A DNA stretch of 35,372 nt, taken from the NCBI GenBank assembly GCA_964531605.1, contig CAZHDP010000001.1:1-35372 (forward strand), read 5' to 3'. Position numbers and translations under genes: made by a program. Within the stretch, counting starts at the first letter, position 1; each line of letters opens with the position of its first letter. Under the pieces are notes generated by a model that ran no database searches, was not told where the DNA came from, and was given only the letters and a program-made list of their open reading frames with translations. This DNA comes from an uncultured Burkholderiaceae bacterium. Lineage in GTDB: Bacteria; Pseudomonadota; Gammaproteobacteria; Burkholderiales; Burkholderiaceae_C. Shown piece by piece: positions 32,067 to 35,372 of the stretch.

Positions 32067-32543
32067 ATGGGCAACAAACTGTACGTTGGCAATCTGCCGT
32101 ACTCGGTTCGCGACAGCGATTTGGAACAGGCCTTCGGCCAATTCGGCGCCGTGACCAGCGCTAAAGTGATGATGGAACGCGACACCGGTCGTTCTAAAGG
32201 TTTCGGCTTTGTCGAAATGGCCAGCGATCCAGAAGCGCAAGCGGCGATTGAAGGCATGAACGGTCAATCCTTGGGTGGCCGTAGCGTCGTTGTGAACGAA
32301 GCTCGTCCGATGGAAGCTCGTCCTCCACGCACCGGTGGTTTCGGTGGCGGCGGTGGCGGCTTCGGCGGTGGCCGCAGCGGTGGCGGCGGCGGTGGTGGTG
32401 GCTTCGGCGGTGGCCGCAGCGGTGGTGGCGGTAGCGACGGCGGTTTCCGCAGCCCCTACGGCTCCGGTCCTCGTGGCGGCGGTAGCGGCGGTGGCCGCAG
32501 CGGTGGCGGCGGTTACGGCGGCGGCAACAGCGGCGGTTACTGA
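32067..32543 (+). CDS. Glycine-rich RNA-binding protein (single RRM plus GGGRSGGGG-type tail)
   Basis: RNP-2 is LYVGNL and RNP-1 is KGFGFVEM. The C-terminal 70 aa are almost only G/R/S/F/Y. TAGGAG RBS. Confidence 0.9.
   Translation: MGNKLYVGNLPYSVRDSDLEQAFGQFGAVTSAKVMMERDTGRSKGFGFVEMASDPEAQAAIEGMNGQSLGGRSVVVNEARPMEARPPRTGGFGGGGGGFGGGRSGGGGGGGGFGGGRSGGGGSDGGFRSPYGSGPRGGGSGGGRSGGGGYGGGNSGGY
32328..32540 (+). repeat. GGC/GGT-rich imperfect tandem repeats encoding the Gly-rich tail
   Basis: The unit ggcggtggccgcagcggtgg occurs three times and ggcttcggcggtggccgcagcggtgg occurs twice. Confidence 0.8.
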
Positions 32544-32576
32544 TCCACCTTCACAGCGCCTGCTGTGATGACAAAA

Positions 32577-32598
32577 GGCTCCCTCGGGAGCCTTTTTG
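32577..32598. terminator. Bidirectional intrinsic terminator between the RNA-binding protein gene and the SDR gene
   Basis: acaaaaGGCTCC-ctcg-GGAGCCtttttgc. There is a U-run on the plus strand and TTTTGT on the minus strand. Confidence 0.75.
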
Positions 32599-32621
32599 CT
32601 TTGTGTCGTTGCATTTTGTGT

Positions 32622-33440
32622 TCAGTGGGTCGCACCATGCCTGGGTTTGCGCTTGCGTTTGGCGAACAGGTAGTCAAACAACCTGTTGGGCAGCAAGCGC
32701 AAACCTTTGGCCACAACCCCCATTTGCCAAGGAATGACTTGGTATGACTTGCCCGCCTCGATGGCTTTGAAGGCTTGAGTTGCAAAGGCTTCCGCACTCA
32801 TGAGAAAAGGCATGCTGTAGGGGTTGTTGCGGGTCAATGGCGTGTCGATGTAACCCGGGCAGATGGTGACCACGCGTATGCCCTGGGGTGCGAGTTCACC
32901 CCGTAAGCTCTCGCAGTAGCTGATGGCAGCCGCTTTGCTGGCGCTGTAAGCCCCGTGACCTGGCAATCCGCGGATACCGGCCACGCTGCCAATACCAACC
33001 AATGTGCCGCCAGACCCTGATGTGGGCGGGACGTGCTTGCCATCTGCGGTTGCACGCGCAGCCATCGCGGCAACAAAAGGGTGAAACGTGGCCATCATGC
33101 CGATGTTGTTGGTGGCAAACACGCGGGCCATGACGTCAATGTCTTCCCTGCAGGCGGTATCGATGCCCACACTGATGCCTGCATTCGCAATCACCACATC
33201 AGGCAGACCTTGCTGGGCAATGCACGATTGAGCGGCTTGAACCAGAGCGTCGCTTTGTGTGACGTCTGCGCCATAAATCCGGCAACGGTCAGGGTGAATG
33301 CCTCGTTCTGCCACCCAGTGTTCCAAGTCTGCGGTGCGTCGAGCCACCAACGCGAGCTTGTAGCCCTGTTGGTGAAATTGCCAAGCCAAGGCTTGACCAA
33401 TGCCGCTGGATGCGCCGGTGATGAACACGAGTTTGGACAT
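32622..33440 (-). CDS. Short-chain dehydrogenase/reductase (SDR) family oxidoreductase
   Basis: MSKLVFITGASSGIGQALA carries the TGxxxGxG motif. NAG and YSASK catalytic motifs are present. GGGGAAG RBS. Confidence 0.85.
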   Translation of the reverse strand: MSKLVFITGASSGIGQALAWQFHQQGYKLALVARRTADLEHWVAERGIHPDRCRIYGADVTQSDALVQAAQSCIAQQGLPDVVIANAGISVGIDTACREDIDVMARVFATNNIGMMATFHPFVAAMAARATADGKHVPPTSGSGGTLVGIGSVAGIRGLPGHGAYSASKAAAISYCESLRGELAPQGIRVVTICPGYIDTPLTRNNPYSMPFLMSAEAFATQAFKAIEAGKSYQVIPWQMGVVAKGLRLLPNRLFDYLFAKRKRKPRHGATH

Positions 33441-33455
33441 GCTGACTTCCCCATG

Positions 33456-33489
33456 AAAAACGCCCAGTGACCGAAGCCGACTGGGCGTT
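33456..33489 (-). terminator. Intrinsic terminator-like hairpin (10-bp perfect stem) ending the RNase/barstar unit, only ~16 nt upstream of the SDR RBS
   Basis: On the minus strand: AACGCCCAGT-cggcttcggtc-ACTGGGCGTT followed by TTTC. Confidence 0.55.
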
Positions 33490-33533
33490 GAACAGATTCA
33501 GGGCACTGTGCAAGTCAGTGCCTCGCCTGGTGT

Positions 33534-33749
33534 TCAGGCGGCGCTGAGCCAGTAGCCTGAATTGAATGGACTGCTCATGCGCAGTGCCAAAGGCGACACG
33601 TCGACGAGTTTGTCCGTTGGCATTTTTTCACCGACTTCAACGGTGGTGTTGACGTCAACGCTGGCGACAGCATCAACGCCTGGAGCCTGATTCGCCCGTT
33701 CTGCTTGGCTGGCTTGTGCAGAACGGGCTACTGAAAAGAATAGAAGCAT
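33534..33749 (-). CDS. Hypothetical 71-aa protein (weak call)
   Basis: It is the only ORF in the 290-nt gap downstream of barstar and overlaps the barstar end by 22 nt. Two hairpins follow it. I recognise no family. Confidence 0.3.
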   Translation of the reverse strand: MLLFFSVARSAQASQAERANQAPGVDAVASVDVNTTVEVGEKMPTDKLVDVSPLALRMSSPFNSGYWLSAA

Positions 33750-34153
33750 CGGAAGGGTATCTTCCTGTCTCCCCAGTAGTCAGAGGCATCCCGGAAGATA
33801 TCGAGCAATTGCTCGCGCGCTTCCTTGTCAAATTTGGCATGTGCTGGGATCTGCTCCAACACCACGATGAAGCCTGGCTGAGGGCCTGACTTGTGCAGCG
33901 GGTCGGTCATGCAGTCGTACAGCGCATCAAAGTTCTTCCCAAAATGGGTTGGGAAGGTGAATTGCTGCGCAATCATGTCCAGCACGTCTTGCTTGCTCTG
34001 AGCCTGGCTCAGGTTGGCGTACAGGAAGTGGTGGCCCATGGACTGGGCGGCTTCTTGCAAATCAGGCACCCGGAAAGCCCGGATCGATTGCACGATATTG
34101 GATCTCACACCACGCAGTGGTGCATCCTGTTCCTTACGAAGTGGCGTATCCAT
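33728..34153 (-). CDS. Barstar-family ribonuclease inhibitor
   Basis: FPTHFGKNFDALYDCMTD...GFIVVLEQIP...REQLLDIFRDASDYW parallels barstar YYGENLDALWDCLTG...LVLEW...VLQVFREA. It lies directly downstream of the RNase gene. Confidence 0.75.
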   Translation of the reverse strand: MDTPLRKEQDAPLRGVRSNIVQSIRAFRVPDLQEAAQSMGHHFLYANLSQAQSKQDVLDMIAQQFTFPTHFGKNFDALYDCMTDPLHKSGPQPGFIVVLEQIPAHAKFDKEAREQLLDIFRDASDYWGDRKIPFRCFYSFQ

Positions 34154-34249
34154 CCCCGTTCACTTTCTCTTAAGTCAAAAAAACGTCAATCAGACTCAAC
34201 CCGCCCAGCCGCGCGACACTTTGTGTTGCACGCGCCGATCGTTATCAGG

Positions 34250-34672
34250 TCAAGGCACAATCTTGCGGAAAGAACCGTAATGGTCTTCGGTGTAGTAACA
34301 AGCCTCTGGCCGTCGGGGTTCACCGCCACAGACGATGCGCTTGGCACCTCTGTCGCGCGATCCTGGCGTTTTGACGGTGTACTCACGGTAATAACCCCGA
34401 GGGTGTGCCGGCAAAGAGCGCTCCCTGTTTCCAAAAACCACGCCGTCCTTGTCGTACGCGAATGGTCCGCCTTGCAAAATCAGCCCATGAACTTCGCGGC
34501 CCTGTCGAGGCAAATCAGCCAAGCTTACCGTGGGGTAAGTGTTGATGTTTGTCTCTGCGGAACTTTGCTTTCTGGCCCAAGCTTCAGGCGCCAAAGACAA
34601 CGAAGCCACCAGAGCCAAGCCAGAAAAGAGGACTCCCGACAGTGCTGTTTTGAAAGGGTGAAAGCCGGACAT
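34250..34672 (-). CDS. Secreted guanyl-specific ribonuclease of the barnase/binase/RNase Sa (N1/T1 microbial RNase) family
   Basis: The signal peptide is MSGFHPFKTALSGVLFSGLALVASLSLAPEAWA. The core is LILQGGPFAYDKDGVVFGNRERSLP...YYREYTVKTPGSRDRGAKRIVCG...YYTEDHYGSFRKI. Confidence 0.8.
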   Translation of the reverse strand: MSGFHPFKTALSGVLFSGLALVASLSLAPEAWARKQSSAETNINTYPTVSLADLPRQGREVHGLILQGGPFAYDKDGVVFGNRERSLPAHPRGYYREYTVKTPGSRDRGAKRIVCGGEPRRPEACYYTEDHYGSFRKIVP

Positions 34673-34837
34673 TCAAGCGCTCATGACGCCAACGCGTGAG
34701 CGCCAGCACATGGTCAACCAAGGGTTAAACCTAAACCGAAAACCTCGGGTTAACCCCGAAATTTCCAAAAGCGTAGTGTGCCGGAAGTGCCAGGAAAAAG
34801 CAAGACCATGCCCAATATTTGAGCAAAGAAAGCGTGT

Positions 34838-34868
34838 TAACTTTGACCCATTTCGCGGGTCAAAGTTA
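34838..34868 (-). terminator. 12-bp perfect stem hairpin 22 nt after the malic enzyme stop (likely terminator)
   Basis: On the minus strand: TAACTTTGACCC-gcgaaat-GGGTCAAAGTTA, followed by a T-rich acacgctttctttgc. Confidence 0.5.
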
Positions 34869-34890
34869 GCACGTACTTTGATGAGGTGAC

Positions 34891-35372
34891 TTATCTGCTG
34901 GCGTTTGCGTCGGCCACGGTCAACGCGGTCATGTTCACAATTCGACGCACAGTGGCGCTGGCTGTCAGCACATGGACGGGTTTATCAGCCCCAAGAAGCA
35001 CAGGGCCAATGGCAATGCCGCCGCCCGCAGCGGTTTTCAACAGGTTATAAGCGATGTTGGCAGCATCAATGCCAGGGAAGACCAACAAATTGGCGTTGCC
35101 AATCAGCGTGCTGTTGGGCATCAGGCTGGCGCGCTGTTTGGAATCCAAAGCCACATCACCGTGCATTTCCCCGTCGACTTCCAGCCACGGCGCTTGTGCA
35201 CGCAGCAACGCCAAGGTGTCACGCATTTTGATGGCGCTGGGTTTGTCGCTGCTGCCGAAGTTGGAATGGCTGAGCAACGCCGCTTTGGGCTTGATGCCGA
35301 AGCGCATCATTTCTTCTGCCGCCATCACGGTGATTTCTGTCAATTCTTCGGGTGTCGGATCGTAATTGACGT
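34891..35372 (-). CDS. maeB: NADP-dependent malic enzyme, C-terminal phosphotransacetylase-like domain; 5' end outside the window
   Basis: ...FGIKPKAALLSHSNFGSSDKPSAIKMRDTLALLRAQAPWLEVDGEMHGDVALD...LVFPGIDAANIAYNLLK matches the MaeB PTA-like tail. The frame stays open to the window edge. Confidence 0.8.
   Translation of the reverse strand, partial: VNYDPTPEELTEITVMAAEEMMRFGIKPKAALLSHSNFGSSDKPSAIKMRDTLALLRAQAPWLEVDGEMHGDVALDSKQRASLMPNSTLIGNANLLVFPGIDAANIAYNLLKTAAGGGIAIGPVLLGADKPVHVLTASATVRRIVNMTALTVADANASR

Noticed and set aside
32335-32568. 77-aa Ala/Val-rich ORF (MVSVAAVAASAVAAAV...)
   Set aside because: It is an alternative reading frame of the GGC/GGT repeat that encodes the glycine-rich tail of the RRM protein. 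It is an artefact of the repeat.
34683-34889. 68-aa plus-strand ORF between the RNase gene and maeB
   Set aside because: I recognise no family and see no RBS. It spans the maeB terminator hairpin and the RNase promoter region, so it is most likely non-coding.
1-35372. Search for CRISPR arrays, IS elements and transposases, integrases, tRNA/rRNA genes, and long direct or inverted repeats flanking the AT-richer RNase island
   Set aside because: None were recognised. The only repeats seen are short intergenic hairpins and in-frame coding repeats. The RNase/barstar insert has no visible flanking direct repeats or mobility genes.

Overview
High-GC chromosomal segment that looks betaproteobacterial, probably Burkholderiales/Comamonadaceae-like. 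This is an inference from five Bug/TctC-type periplasmic binding-protein paralogs, TRAP transporter genes and codon style. Gene density is high, and several neighbouring genes overlap by ATGA (stop/start). Many long shadow ORFs lie antisense to real genes. I saw no rRNA, tRNA, CRISPR array, transposase or integrase. From left to right the window contains: (1) a minus-strand L-threonate/four-carbon acid-sugar catabolic operon (ltnD, a Bug binding protein, TRAP dctPQM, otnK, otnC, otnI); (2) another Bug binding protein and a Tat-signal MBL-fold hydrolase; (3) a five-gene tungsten-type aldehyde:ferredoxin oxidoreductase operon of the AorABC type, plus a MoaD-like gene and a small unknown gene; (4) a plus-strand cluster of Asp/Glu-racemase-family, Ldh_2-family dehydrogenase and two Bug genes; (5) a minus-strand cluster of a Bug gene, a fused PcaD-PcaC and an MhpD-like hydratase, with a GntR/FadR regulator; (6) an orphan DUF2384 antitoxin-like gene; (7) an FAD aromatic hydroxylase, DUF2783 and VOC cluster behind a perfect 16-bp palindrome; (8) chrA plus a rhodanese-ChrB gene; (9) metX and metW in one continuous reading frame behind a structured leader with an intrinsic terminator; (10) an ammonium transporter with a near-consensus sigma54 promoter; (11) an orphan, strongly divergent DUF692 (MNIO-family) gene with a Cys-rich tail and a possible upstream Cys/His mini-ORF; (12) a glycine-rich RRM RNA-binding protein; (13) an SDR oxidoreductase; (14) a visibly AT-richer insert carrying a secreted barnase/RNase Sa-type ribonuclease and its barstar inhibitor; (15) the 3' end of a malic enzyme gene. 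The best candidates for something undescribed are the orphan DUF692 locus, the MetX-MetW fusion with its leader, and the two consecutive Gly-Gly-terminated small proteins at the end of the AOR operon. Functional calls rest on reading the translations against remembered family motifs, because no searches could be run.
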